This document shows, piece by piece, positions 36,916-46,285 of a stretch of DNA of 64,000 bases. The stretch lies in IMG/VR virus record IMGVR_UViG_3300019458_000020, positions 186,001 through 250,000 of that record, one strand, 5' to 3'. The notes below the pieces were generated by a model. It worked only from the letters and a program-made list of their open reading frames with translations. It ran no database searches and was not told where the DNA came from. A program made the position numbers and the translations under genes. The stretch's first letter is position 1. Each line of letters opens with the position of its first letter.

Positions 36916-37386
36916 AACGGCGATGATACGTCAACATTTTTTACCGTCTCGTGACTGTGGCTTTCATCTTCTTTCAACCAAGATGCCCACCGCTCAGGTT
37001 TAAATTCAGCCTTTTTGGTCTGCTGTAGGCCGAGGGAGCGACCCTCAACAGCGGATGGATCTCTTATTTTAAGTCGAACCCACCCTCGACGAAAGTACCG
37101 TGTCACTGTTCATGCCGTCATCGTTTCAACTGGCTACGTTAAACCACAAGCTTCGTTTCTATTGTTTCGGCTACATGGTCCGCCATCCACTCAGGCAATT
37201 CCTAATTGATCGGAGTCGATTAACCAATTTCTAATTCTATAAACCGACCAATCTGCTCAGACACGCTAACAGGTTCGTATTTTAACTTTCCCTTTTTTGA
37301 TTCACCGTCATAGGTTACACACGACGTTTTTCCGGTGACTCGACCTTCCATCTTAGCTCTCAACTTCCGAATCAACATTCACCGTT
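36916..37386 (-). ncRNA. ROOL-like large structured RNA (~470 nt)
   Basis: AACGGTGA/TCGCCGTT closing stem; segments recalled from ROOL (AACGTCGTG..TATGACGGTG, GGGAAAGTTAAAATA, TTGCCTGAGT, ATGTAGCC..AACAATAGAAACGAAG, GGTCGCTCC, AAAAAGGCTGAATTTAAA); own promoter 37419-37392. Confidence 0.72.
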
Positions 37387-37660
37387 AAATAACTATACGA
37401 CAGAATATAAAAACGTCAAGTCTTTACAGCAATCTTTTTCTCTGGTCGCCCTTACCAACAATGTTGCCATTTCTATCACGGGTTATGTTCTCTCGTTCAT
37501 TGTATTTGGCAATAATCTTGCCAGTTCTATCACGGATAATGTCTCTATCAATTTTTCCGATGATTTTTCCCTCACGATTTCTAAGATATGCATCATTCAT
37601 ATAACGAACATATCACAAATAAAATAATTGTCAATCGCATTCTTGTTATACATATCAGAT

Positions 37661-38494
37661 ATGACAAATACATTAAAGACCGAAAAGATAAGTGGAATAT
37701 ACAAAATTATCAATAATATCAATGATAAATACTACGTTGGTAGTTCAAATAACATTTACAAACGATGGAAATATCACAAGCAAGATTTAAATCGAGGCAA
37801 TCACAGGTCACAATATTTGCAACGTGCGTGGAACAAATACGGTGAAGATAATTTTACTTTTGTAGTCACCGAATTAATTATATTGGATGAATTACTTTTA
37901 CAAATAGAACAAGAATATCTTAATATTGCTTGTCAAGAAAAGGAAAAATGTTATAATTCATCTTTTGTTGCTGGAAAAATTGAAATGAATGAGATTACGA
38001 GAAACAAAATAAGTCAATCTCACAAAGGAAAGAAATTATCCAAGGAAACAAAAGAAAAGTTACGGCAATGTAATTTAGGAAAAAGATTATCAGAAGAAAC
38101 TAAAAAGAAAATTAGTGATGCACACAAAGGAAAAGTTTTAAGTCAACCCAAAGGATGGCATCATACCGAAGAATCAAAGAAAAAAATTAGCCAGAAATTA
38201 AAAGGAAAATATGTTGGAATATTGAGTCATAAATTTGGTACTAAACATACTGAAGAATGGAAAAAACAATGGAGAGAAAGACTGAAAAATCATCATCCGA
38301 GGTTAGACAAAACTGTATATCGATTTCAAAACGAAGTTACCAACGAAGTTTTTGACGGGTTGCAGTTTGATTTTAGAGTAAAATATAACATTCCTCCAGG
38401 AAATTTATGTCATATAATTCGAGGAAGGAGAAAATCTATACAAGGATGGAAATTGGTGGTCCGACCGGGATTCGAACCCGGAACAAAGCTTTAG
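37661..38494 (+). CDS. GIY-YIG homing endonuclease with NUMOD3 repeats
   Basis: SGIYKIINNINDKYYVGSS; repeated GKKLSxETKxKIS and HTEExKKKIS; 3' end overlaps tRNA-Arg antisense. Confidence 0.92.
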   Translation: MTNTLKTEKISGIYKIINNINDKYYVGSSNNIYKRWKYHKQDLNRGNHRSQYLQRAWNKYGEDNFTFVVTELIILDELLLQIEQEYLNIACQEKEKCYNSSFVAGKIEMNEITRNKISQSHKGKKLSKETKEKLRQCNLGKRLSEETKKKISDAHKGKVLSQPKGWHHTEESKKKISQKLKGKYVGILSHKFGTKHTEEWKKQWRERLKNHHPRLDKTVYRFQNEVTNEVFDGLQFDFRVKYNIPPGNLCHIIRGRRKSIQGWKLVVRPGFEPGTKL

Positions 38495-38528
38495 AAGAGC
38501 CCTATGATATCCATTTCACCATCAGACC
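38454..38528 (-). tRNA. tRNA-Arg(UCU)
   Basis: GGTCTGA/TCGGACC, loop CT-TCT-AA, CCA. Confidence 0.93.
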
Positions 38529-38529
38529 A

Positions 38530-38811
38530 TTAAATCGTAAATTGTGATTGATGAGGATGATAGGAAACTTCATGATGAACATATTCAATCAATGAGTTGT
38601 TGCTATCACGTTCAGCAAGGAAAAGCTTACCCTTATACTTGACAAGCACATGACCACCATTAACCGTAAGCTTCACAGCCGCCGCTATGGCTTCTCTTAG
38701 CTTCGTTTCCTCCATCACATCCTGTAGTTGAAACAGGTTTCTCTGGGCTGTCGGCCCTGAGTTCTTTAGGCTGTTCTGAAACACTATCACCAATTGAGCT
38801 ACTGGCGTCAT
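38530..38811 (-). CDS. hypothetical protein (true start uncertain)
   Basis: ORF track; likely start MEETKL. Confidence 0.45.
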   Translation of the reverse strand: MTPVAQLVIVFQNSLKNSGPTAQRNLFQLQDVMEETKLREAIAAAVKLTVNGGHVLVKYKGKLFLAERDSNNSLIEYVHHEVSYHPHQSQFTI

Positions 38812-39622
38812 TTGATGGAGAAGATAACAGACTTTTTTTAGTTGTCAAGACGAATTTAGGTTCACCAATAGTAATTCTTGTAAACCTAAAGTTCTCATTA
38901 TTAAGAGTATCAATCAAATAATATTTGTCTTCATCAACAATGACAATGCCATCAAAAGATTTTAGAATATTTGTCTTGATTTTTTCGGCAAATGAGTCAT
39001 AAGTAAAGTTCTCAAAATCTATGGCATCAGAAAACCATTTGTCAAACTTAAATTCGTGTGAATGCTGTTTTAATTTGACAAGAAAATTACCTAATGCTCT
39101 TAATTTAGATTCATTTAATTCATTTGGTTTATCCATGATGCCAATTGCATTCCATTCGATTGTTAACTCATGAGAATAATAATGCGTCAATGCTCTGTCG
39201 ATAATATATAAGTTTTTTCTCAGACAAGTGATTTCGTTCATCGTGGCCGCATTATTATAAAAACGTATATCCTTTTTCTGTTCTTTGAATTCATATCGTT
39301 TGTTATCTATGATAGAATCACAGCCTGTTATTCTTTTGGCCTTTATAGATTGCGGTATAGTGAGCAAACACCAAGCTTCTCCACGTCCCATTTGATTACG
39401 TTTTATATGCTTGTGAATTAATTTCTCCAATTCAGAATGATTCTCATTGGTTTCTTTTACAAGTTCTTCTATGGAGTTAAATTGAGGGATTTCAGTTATG
39501 TTATATAACTGAAGTTCAGCAACAAGGTTGGATATTAAATCAGTACGTGAGAAACCCATCTTGGTTTCTAAACGGTCCTTGATGAAAGTATATAATTCTT
39601 CCGGCCCCATCACTGGGGACAA
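38660..39622 (-). CDS. hypothetical protein, possible PD-(D/E)XK nuclease
   Basis: GRGEAW...CD..IDNKRYEFKE. Confidence 0.5.
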   Translation of the reverse strand: MSPVMGPEELYTFIKDRLETKMGFSRTDLISNLVAELQLYNITEIPQFNSIEELVKETNENHSELEKLIHKHIKRNQMGRGEAWCLLTIPQSIKAKRITGCDSIIDNKRYEFKEQKKDIRFYNNAATMNEITCLRKNLYIIDRALTHYYSHELTIEWNAIGIMDKPNELNESKLRALGNFLVKLKQHSHEFKFDKWFSDAIDFENFTYDSFAEKIKTNILKSFDGIVIVDEDKYYLIDTLNNENFRFTRITIGEPKFVLTTKKSLLSSPSNDASSSIGDSVSEQPKELRADSPEKPVSTTGCDGGNEAKRSHSGGCEAYG

Positions 39623-39672
39623 ATAGATTACAAAATGCTCAATCTCAATTTATTTTAACAATTTGAGCTTTC

Positions 39673-41097
39673 TTATATACTTCTGCCCATCAGGAATCTG
39701 AAAAACTTCATTCCTTCAACCATGTCACCATCATTTAAAATACTCAGGTTGGTGATTTTAGAATTAAGACGATGACAAATTTGCTCTTCACGGGTTCCAG
39801 CAGCGAAGAGAATTCGTTGGTAACACTTTGTTAATCCACCTTGACGATGAATTCTGCCGAGAACTTGAAGTAATTGGATAGCGGAGTAATTTGGATTGAT
39901 GATTGTAGCACGGGGATGTTTACCGGTTAAATCATGAAGATTAATCGATTGCCCACCAGCAGCATTGTTAGCAATGATGATTCTTTTCCTGTCTGCATTG
40001 AAATCGGCAACGTCCTGAATTCTATCATTCACACTCTGCCCACCATAAATCAATCCAATCTTATCACGAAACTTTTTCTTGGAAGACAGACGGCGATTAA
40101 TCAATTCAATGGTATTTGTGAAGTTTACAAACACGCCAACAGACTTTCCTTCATCAAACAAGTCTTCAATCATTTCCAAAATTGTAGGCACCTTGAGCAA
40201 TTCAATTTCACGACGAGCTTTGATGATTACTGCCAAGATATGTTCGGCATACTTGGCTGTTTGTTCTTGAAGTCGAGCAATCTCATTTTCCATCCAGTCA
40301 TATCTGGCTTGAATCTTATCGGCGTTATCCATAGCGTATGCCTTGACAACGATTTGATTCTCTGGAAACAACGTACCCATTCCTTCACGGGTCAAACGAG
40401 ACGATATCTTTTGAGTATCAAACAGATTTGTGTGACACAACTTCATTTTGGCTTGTGCCTCTTTATCATCATTATCGAAATACTGTGCTCCCCATTTACC
40501 TACCCATTGAGCACCGTAATCAATACAAAAGTCATTGAAATCCGAAAGCTTATGGAGATTGACAGTATAACCAAACGCCTTCATCTCAAGAGGATTTGTG
40601 GCTTGAGTGGCAGACAACAGAAGACAACGATATCCTTGACGTTTCAAGGCAATCATCAATCCTGCATTAAGACTTGATGGACCTTTACACTTATGAGATT
40701 CATCCAAGATAACCAAACATCCTGGCGGCAGCTTCAATTCAGCAGTAAGAAACCTTTCCACCTTGTGCGTTTTCTTTGTGGAACGTATCAACACATCGTC
40801 GGCCTTTGGCTTCTTATACTTCAAATATTTGGTATTACCACGACAAAGCTTTTCGTAATTGATGATAATGGTTGGCTTCAATCCATACAAAGCCAATGTA
40901 GCAACCCAGTCAGGCATTACCATCTTCGGGCAAATAACAACGATTGGACAATTCATTCCCCTTGCGATACAAGAGGCGACGTGAGTTTTTCCACAACCTG
41001 TTTCCGACAAGTCAGCAGCCACACCATTAAGGTAAAGGCTGTCAATGAGAGTCATTGCATGGGCCTTTTGAGGGTCAAGAAGTCCGGTAAGATTCAT
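39673..41097 (-). CDS. superfamily 2 helicase
   Basis: ETGCGKT, ILDESHK, LSAT, GGQSINL, QVLGRIHRQG. Confidence 0.92.
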   Translation of the reverse strand: MNLTGLLDPQKAHAMTLIDSLYLNGVAADLSETGCGKTHVASCIARGMNCPIVVICPKMVMPDWVATLALYGLKPTIIINYEKLCRGNTKYLKYKKPKADDVLIRSTKKTHKVERFLTAELKLPPGCLVILDESHKCKGPSSLNAGLMIALKRQGYRCLLLSATQATNPLEMKAFGYTVNLHKLSDFNDFCIDYGAQWVGKWGAQYFDNDDKEAQAKMKLCHTNLFDTQKISSRLTREGMGTLFPENQIVVKAYAMDNADKIQARYDWMENEIARLQEQTAKYAEHILAVIIKARREIELLKVPTILEMIEDLFDEGKSVGVFVNFTNTIELINRRLSSKKKFRDKIGLIYGGQSVNDRIQDVADFNADRKRIIIANNAAGGQSINLHDLTGKHPRATIINPNYSAIQLLQVLGRIHRQGGLTKCYQRILFAAGTREEQICHRLNSKITNLSILNDGDMVEGMKFFRFLMGRSI

Positions 41098-41136
41098 GTT
41101 CGGAGATTATACTATCAATTAAGAGAATGTCAAGCG

Positions 41137-41391
41137 TTAGTCATTGAAGACCACACACTCCACGAAAACACCTTGAACCGAAGTAACATATACCCACATT
41201 TGAAGTTCATTGTCTTCATCATCCGAACGAATTTCGAGGCCTTTGCCTGGCGGAAATTGACGATTCCACGGGTCAAGAAAACCATTCGCCATCAAGTCAG
41301 AATCCTCAGCAACGTATCGGCCAGTTGTCTCTGTAAAGGACCAGAGTTTATTCTTAATGGGATACTTCTTATTGATTTCAGTTGGTTTCAT
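41137..41391 (-). CDS. hypothetical protein
   Basis: ORF track. Confidence 0.7.
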   Translation of the reverse strand: MKPTEINKKYPIKNKLWSFTETTGRYVAEDSDLMANGFLDPWNRQFPPGKGLEIRSDDEDNELQMWVYVTSVQGVFVECVVFND

Positions 41392-41576
41392 TTTGAATCG
41401 GTGACTTCAACCGTTTCGATGGTTAAATCTTGAATGTCTGCCTTGTCTTTCAATTTTTTATCCAAACAATTCATATCCAACCGAACATTGTCCATGTATT
41501 CATCTAGATTCAAATCAGAATCGGCGGACAGAATCACGTTCACCGTCAGGGTAGCATAGATTTTTCTCATAATCAA
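41388..41576 (-). CDS. hypothetical protein
   Basis: ORF track. Confidence 0.65.
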   Translation of the reverse strand: MIMRKIYATLTVNVILSADSDLNLDEYMDNVRLDMNCLDKKLKDKADIQDLTIETVEVTDSK

Positions 41577-41601
41577 AATATATCACTTATTATCCATTTG
41601 G

Positions 41602-41640
41602 CAAAAAGAAAAGGGGAGGTTTTTAGCCTCCCCTTTTTGC
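41602..41640. terminator. bidirectional intrinsic terminator
   Basis: AAAAGGGGAGG-TTTTTAG-CCTCCCCTTTTT. Confidence 0.85.
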
Positions 41641-41659
41641 TTCCCAAGCCTGATTTCAA

Positions 41660-42091
41660 TTAGGCAGTCGCTTCAACAGCAATGCCTTCGGGAGCGGTGA
41701 CGATGACAGCCGGGGCGGGTGTCGGCTCAGCGGCGATAATCTCACCAGCGGGCAACGTCACAGCGGGCCTGACGGTAGCCGGAGCCAGAACAGCGGCCTT
41801 CTTGGCCGGCTTCGTGGTACGCTTGGCCTTGACCGGAGCGTTGGTCTTCAGCATGTAACGGAACGACGGGCGACCGACTTCTTTGGTCTTCAGGTCTTCC
41901 GAAAGACGGATGAGCGTCTTGGAAGCCACACCGGCCTCAATCTTGTTGCGAACGGTCAACTCACACACGTGCGGGTTGAGACTCACGACAGCGGCGATGG
42001 TGAAGGCGCCACGGGGGAACTTGATGACTTTGGCGGGAGCGCCAGGACCACGCTTGATTTCGGACTTCGTATTACGATTCTTGTTCTTCAT
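41660..42091 (-). CDS. basic DNA-binding-like protein with Ala/Pro-rich tail
   Basis: KFPRGAFTIAAVV...VGRPSFRY; markedly GC-rich codon usage. Confidence 0.75.
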   Translation of the reverse strand: MKNKNRNTKSEIKRGPGAPAKVIKFPRGAFTIAAVVSLNPHVCELTVRNKIEAGVASKTLIRLSEDLKTKEVGRPSFRYMLKTNAPVKAKRTTKPAKKAAVLAPATVRPAVTLPAGEIIAAEPTPAPAVIVTAPEGIAVEATA

Positions 42092-42341
42092 ATCAGTTTT
42101 CTTTCTACTAACGTTCTTTTTTTTGTTTGTTAATTCATTGATTCAACTATTGAATCAACTTTCGATATACCATCATAATTCATTTCTATAAGAAGTCAAA
42201 CAGAATTTTCAAAATTTTCTACTTTTCTTTTCTGAAAGAATCTTTCGTACAAATAACGTTTTCGACTTGACTTTTATAAAAAGTATGTTATAGTATTCAC
42301 GTTGATGAGGTCGTCCCGAGGAACGCCGGGGGCACCAAGAG

Positions 42342-42378
42342 TAGGGGACCAGGGGATCGTTATAAACTTTAACGTTAA
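42342..42378 (+). repeat. TAGGGGACC-N17-TTTAACGTTAA family copy
   Basis: TAGGGGACCAGGGGATCGTTATAAACTTTAACGTTAA. Confidence 0.8.
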
Positions 42379-42438
42379 CCTATTTAATACAAAAAATCGC
42401 CAACCTTTCGATTGGCGATTGGAATGACAGCCTCCGAA

Positions 42439-42801
42439 TCAATCCCACCAGATTCTATAAACAGGAATGTTTTGTCCACCGAAGTCAATCGTTCTCAAAT
42501 GACATTCATTCGCTTTGAGTGTATCCTTTAGAACACACGTATCCACTGTGATTGGAGAAATAACATACACACAAACCGATCCTTCCCTTGCCAAGATAAC
42601 CTTGGAACCATTCGGCAACCGATTGAGAAGTTCTGGCCGAAATGCGTTATATCTGACAACAGTTCGTTCCAAAATCTCAACAGCTACCGACACCGAACAA
42701 TATTCATTGGCACGAAAGTTAAGATTCCGTTCATGCTTAGTTCCATTACAATCGGAGTAAGCATTCCGAACATCACGAAGCAAAGTTTGATTTAATTTCA
42801 T
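42439..42801 (-). CDS. hypothetical protein
   Basis: ORF after minus-strand promoter. Confidence 0.75.
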   Translation of the reverse strand: MKLNQTLLRDVRNAYSDCNGTKHERNLNFRANEYCSVSVAVEILERTVVRYNAFRPELLNRLPNGSKVILAREGSVCVYVISPITVDTCVLKDTLKANECHLRTIDFGGQNIPVYRIWWD

Positions 42802-42831
42802 GGTGAGAGTTTACTGTTTTTTATACAAATG

Positions 42832-43209
42832 TCAAGCAGGTTTCTTAAAGAAAGCTGCAGTTCGATCTTCAAACTCAGCCATTCTCTGTGCAACTTGTGT
42901 GGGAACCATTAACTTGTTTCCCTCTTGGAAAACACCAGGAAATGAATATCCATCCATGTAATCGATGAAAGCAACTTCCGTAAATCGCTTGTTGACTTTC
43001 AGAACGATATAATGGGCATAACCATCACAAACATTCCACTTCAGATGTTTTCCTGGCTTCAAACCCTTTCCAGCAATCTTCTGAAGGGTTTCAACCAATT
43101 GCCAAAGTTGTTCGTCGTATTCACGCCATTTACCATCGTGGAGATTGTCACGAGCAACACCAGCAAGACGATTGATTTCTGTAATTGTATCAGTAATGAG
43201 ATTTTTCAT
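42832..43209 (-). CDS. hypothetical protein
   Basis: ORF track. Confidence 0.75.
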   Translation of the reverse strand: MKNLITDTITEINRLAGVARDNLHDGKWREYDEQLWQLVETLQKIAGKGLKPGKHLKWNVCDGYAHYIVLKVNKRFTEVAFIDYMDGYSFPGVFQEGNKLMVPTQVAQRMAEFEDRTAAFFKKPA

Positions 43210-43391
43210 AGAAAGGAGTTTACTATATTAAGGGTCAATGGCAAGTCAGACTTTCCATTTTCTATAACATTTTGTGCATTCGCAACGCCCACGTAAGATT
43301 GCTCTTCCAAAGATATTCCAATGACCACCATCACGAGAGAAATGATGTCCACGATGGAACAAAGTGCATTTGATTGTTTGCCAAATCTTTT

Positions 43392-43703
43392 TCATGCAAT
43401 CGGCTTCGGGTCACCACCAAAACAATCGTCAATCCAAGAATTGGCTTCTTCCCTCGGCGTTACTCCGTTATGGTCTGCCATCTCGTAAATGAATCCACGG
43501 TCATCCTGAGCAAAAAGATACTTTACCATATCCTTACGAGTCATCTTCTTTTTCGTAAAAATATATGTAGAGTCGTCACTTCCTTCCGTTGCTGGATTCA
43601 CATAAACAAAGATACCAGCAGACCGAAGAATCGGTGCAATCTCTTCAATTACCGAATCGGCAGATTCTTTCCAATCAAAGTTAAGTTCAATGGGGAATTT
43701 CAT
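43392..43703 (-). CDS. hypothetical protein
   Basis: ATGA overlap. Confidence 0.7.
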   Translation of the reverse strand: MKFPIELNFDWKESADSVIEEIAPILRSAGIFVYVNPATEGSDDSTYIFTKKKMTRKDMVKYLFAQDDRGFIYEMADHNGVTPREEANSWIDDCFGGDPKPIA

Positions 43704-44092
43704 AGGTCATCAAGTGTGTGTTGTGGAGGAATCGTCACGTTATATTTTTCTTTCACGAATGACCGAACCACTTCACAATAACGTTGAACGTCTTTTTCAA
43801 GGTCCATCGTCAAGTCACTCATAAGAAACGGAATCAATTCACCACCAACATAATCGCCAGCCTCGTTTGTCAATTGAACAGGAATTGAATCTTCACATTC
43901 CCAAAATGGAGTTGCCCAAATGTAATCGAAATGGCCCTCTTTGGATTCTCCGACGGCGTTCCAACAAAGGCAACCGGTCATATCTTCCACCCAACAATGT
44001 TTGCTTTCCATGAAAGCAATTCGATGAATGAGAACATTGATGTAATCGTAAACCAAATCTTTGTAGTCAACAGCGTTTTCAGTAACGTTCAT
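43700..44092 (-). CDS. hypothetical protein
   Basis: ORF after promoter. Confidence 0.75.
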   Translation of the reverse strand: MNVTENAVDYKDLVYDYINVLIHRIAFMESKHCWVEDMTGCLCWNAVGESKEGHFDYIWATPFWECEDSIPVQLTNEAGDYVGGELIPFLMSDLTMDLEKDVQRYCEVVRSFVKEKYNVTIPPQHTLDDL

Positions 44093-44141
44093 GGTGTGAG
44101 TTTACCGTTTTTTATAAAATTGTCAAGTGAATTTTATCGTT

Positions 44142-44405
44142 TCAAGGAAACAAGTAAAGTTCAGAATCAGGCACGGAACCTGTTGGACCTACGTAGTTTC
44201 CCCAACGGTCAGGCCACTCGGATTTATTAAATTCTGCTTCATCCGTTCCAACCATTTCATCATTGACATTGTAGTAACCACCAAACCAGAAGACTCTGAG
44301 ATATGGGGGATACGATGCATCTGGTTCAACATTAACCACTACGACCAATCTTTTGTGGCCTGTTTCGTCGAACCATTCCCAAATGCCTGGCTTGTCGGGC
44401 TTCAT
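44142..44405 (-). CDS. hypothetical protein (KPxKPGxW family)
   Basis: MKPDKPGIWEWF. Confidence 0.7.
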   Translation of the reverse strand: MKPDKPGIWEWFDETGHKRLVVVVNVEPDASYPPYLRVFWFGGYYNVNDEMVGTDEAEFNKSEWPDRWGNYVGPTGSVPDSELYLFP

Positions 44406-44449
44406 TTGTCAAGAAAAGCGTTTATATGATTTATTTATGCGCAATGGCA

Positions 44450-44764
44450 TTACTTTATCAAACCCAAGGCCCTCTTCTCTTCAGCCGTCAACTTCTTGAG
44501 AGCTTGAGTTCGGAGTTCAGCACGTTCGTTAATCTTTCGACGTTCATCACGTTCCTTGTGTTCTTTCCACCACGGTTGAAGGCCGGAAATCTGGTCGATG
44601 TTCAAAGGAACAATAACATTATTTTTCTCCAGAACCGTCATTACTTCACAAAGCAAATGAGTCACCAAATCCAATTCCTTTTTATATGGTTGAGTCAGTT
44701 TCTTGTTTGCAGCTTTCTTTGCAGCTGCAATTTCTTCAGGAGATTCGTAGTATTGACATGGCAT
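44450..44764 (-). CDS. hypothetical protein
   Basis: MPC start, WWKEHKERD..RK..ALKKLTAEEKRALGL. Confidence 0.75.
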   Translation of the reverse strand: MPCQYYESPEEIAAAKKAANKKLTQPYKKELDLVTHLLCEVMTVLEKNNVIVPLNIDQISGLQPWWKEHKERDERRKINERAELRTQALKKLTAEEKRALGLIK

Positions 44765-44801
44765 AGATTTTATTTGTTAAATCAGTTGTGTGGATTATAC
44801 T

Positions 44802-45026
44802 TCAACTTTTTATATTTGTCAAACGAATAAGCGCTGCTTTCCTCTTATTATTCCAGCAACCCATACAAAGAATCGTAACACCGTCAGAATCAAGAAAAGA
44901 CATGTTCCCGATGCAATCCCAGTTATGAATAAGAGAATTGCAAACGTCACAACTCTCAACAAGGCCGCTGCCATTTGGAGCCACCTGCATGTCTTCTTCG
45001 AGAATCTTTGCATTGAATGCGTTCAC
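44802..45026 (-). CDS. hypothetical Zn-binding protein
   Basis: CDVC...CMGC. Confidence 0.6.
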   Translation of the reverse strand: MNAFNAKILEEDMQVAPNGSGLVESCDVCNSLIHNWDCIGNMSFLDSDGVTILCMGCWNNKRKAALIRLTNIKS

Positions 45027-45244
45027 TCCATAATATTACGAATAATATTAAGAATGTCAAACAGAATCATCCGACAAACCCTCATTTCCACTCTTTTCTT
45101 TCCGTGGTCAATCGATGCCAGAGCTTCATCCTCCGTCTCATATCTCATGGAATAGATTGTGCCTGTATTCAGATTCAAAACTCGCCATTCCTTCAGCCTG
45201 CCACAATAAACGGCTGTTTCGTATATCATTCTGTTCTTAGGCAT
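45023..45244 (-). CDS. hypothetical protein
   Basis: ORF track. Confidence 0.6.
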   Translation of the reverse strand: MPKNRMIYETAVYCGRLKEWRVLNLNTGTIYSMRYETEDEALASIDHGKKRVEMRVCRMILFDILNIIRNIME

Positions 45245-45247
45245 AAT

Positions 45248-45439
45248 TCACATTTGTTCCCGTGGAGTCAACCCAACACGTTGCCGACTGCGATGATCCA
45301 CGATTTTCATACCAGAAAAACCGGCGTCAACAATTTCATTGGTCAATAATCCATGACCAACCTTGTTGTTAGCAAACCGGTTTCCACGCCAAGAGAAGTG
45401 GTTTTTGTATCTGTGAACAATGGTCTGTTTCTTATTCAT
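45248..45439 (-). CDS. hypothetical protein
   Basis: ORF track. Confidence 0.55.
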   Translation of the reverse strand: MNKKQTIVHRYKNHFSWRGNRFANNKVGHGLLTNEIVDAGFSGMKIVDHRSRQRVGLTPREQM

Positions 45440-45575
45440 GGCCTCAACCCTATCATTGAAATATATAAAGTCAAATAGTGCGACACTTTTTTATACTTCT
45501 TACTTGACAACATCAAACGAAAGTGTTATCGTGTTGCACACCGAAGATCCCCAAATTCCTGAATCCTATTGGCGT

Positions 45576-46121
45576 TTATGGAATACTGTGGCAGGCGATG
45601 AATGTATCACTCGGCATCCATTGCCGATGTTCCATGCTTAGGACATTCTTAAATCCTCGTATAACAATGGGATTGTGAACGGCAGCAATGATTTGGCATC
45701 CATTCTTCTCTGCCTTCCGAAAACAATCAACCAGAAAATGACATGACCGAATTGACAGTGCCATATCAGGCTCGTCCATGATAATCGTTTCATGCTTCCA
45801 CGTCTGAATTTCATCAATAATCTTCTTAACCATTTGACCATGAGACATCATTATACAAGCCAGTTGCGTCATTGTCTCAATTTTATGGCCAAGCCGAGGA
45901 TTATCCTTCTCAAAGTCAAACTCTCGAATGGCGTTGTTTCCATCGGTATCAAACTTGACAACATTCTTTCCCGCTGCGTGTCTTCCCATTATTAACTTCA
46001 ACAGACTGCTTTTACCTGTTCCTTGTTCTCCAACCAGAAGATTGACGCCAACATTAAAGTCAAAGGTTTCCCCTGCCTTCAATACTCGAAAGTCTTTCAG
46101 TATTTCCATTCGTTTCAACAT
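45576..46121 (-). CDS. stand-alone ABC-type/AAA ATPase
   Basis: GEQGTGKSS, SHGQ, IIMDEPDMALS, VHNP. Confidence 0.85.
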   Translation of the reverse strand: MLKRMEILKDFRVLKAGETFDFNVGVNLLVGEQGTGKSSLLKLIMGRHAAGKNVVKFDTDGNNAIREFDFEKDNPRLGHKIETMTQLACIMMSHGQMVKKIIDEIQTWKHETIIMDEPDMALSIRSCHFLVDCFRKAEKNGCQIIAAVHNPIVIRGFKNVLSMEHRQWMPSDTFIACHSIP

Positions 46122-46268
46122 ATACGTGCGTCAACAATACTCCATAAAAATTCTTTGTCAAGTCGCTTGACATTTATATAAAAAATGGTAATTTCTTTCA
46201 CAATTTAAGAACGGATTCAAAAAGTGGCGGCGACACTAAAAGCCAGACTAACGGTAAAACGTGAAGGG

Positions 46269-46285
46269 TAGGGGACCGGCAGATC
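46269..46285 (+). repeat. TAGGGGACC family copy (no palindrome box)
   Basis: GGGTAGGGGACCGGCAGATCG after TTGACA promoter. Confidence 0.65.

Noticed and set aside
28390-42340. Hammerhead ribozymes from GATGAG...GAAA-like segments
   Set aside because: The CUGANGA core and three-stem geometry cannot be completed
14987-46000. Numerous 60-250 aa antisense ORFs (e.g. 14987..15424, 16865..17218, 39934..40677, 40693..41433, 44426..44830)
   Set aside because: Shadows of better-supported genes on the opposite strand with promoters and motifs
24990-46270. KOPS (GGGNAGGG) function for the G-rich repeats
   Set aside because: Only some copies match, the conserved motif extends well beyond 8 nt, and the host is probably not a gammaproteobacterium
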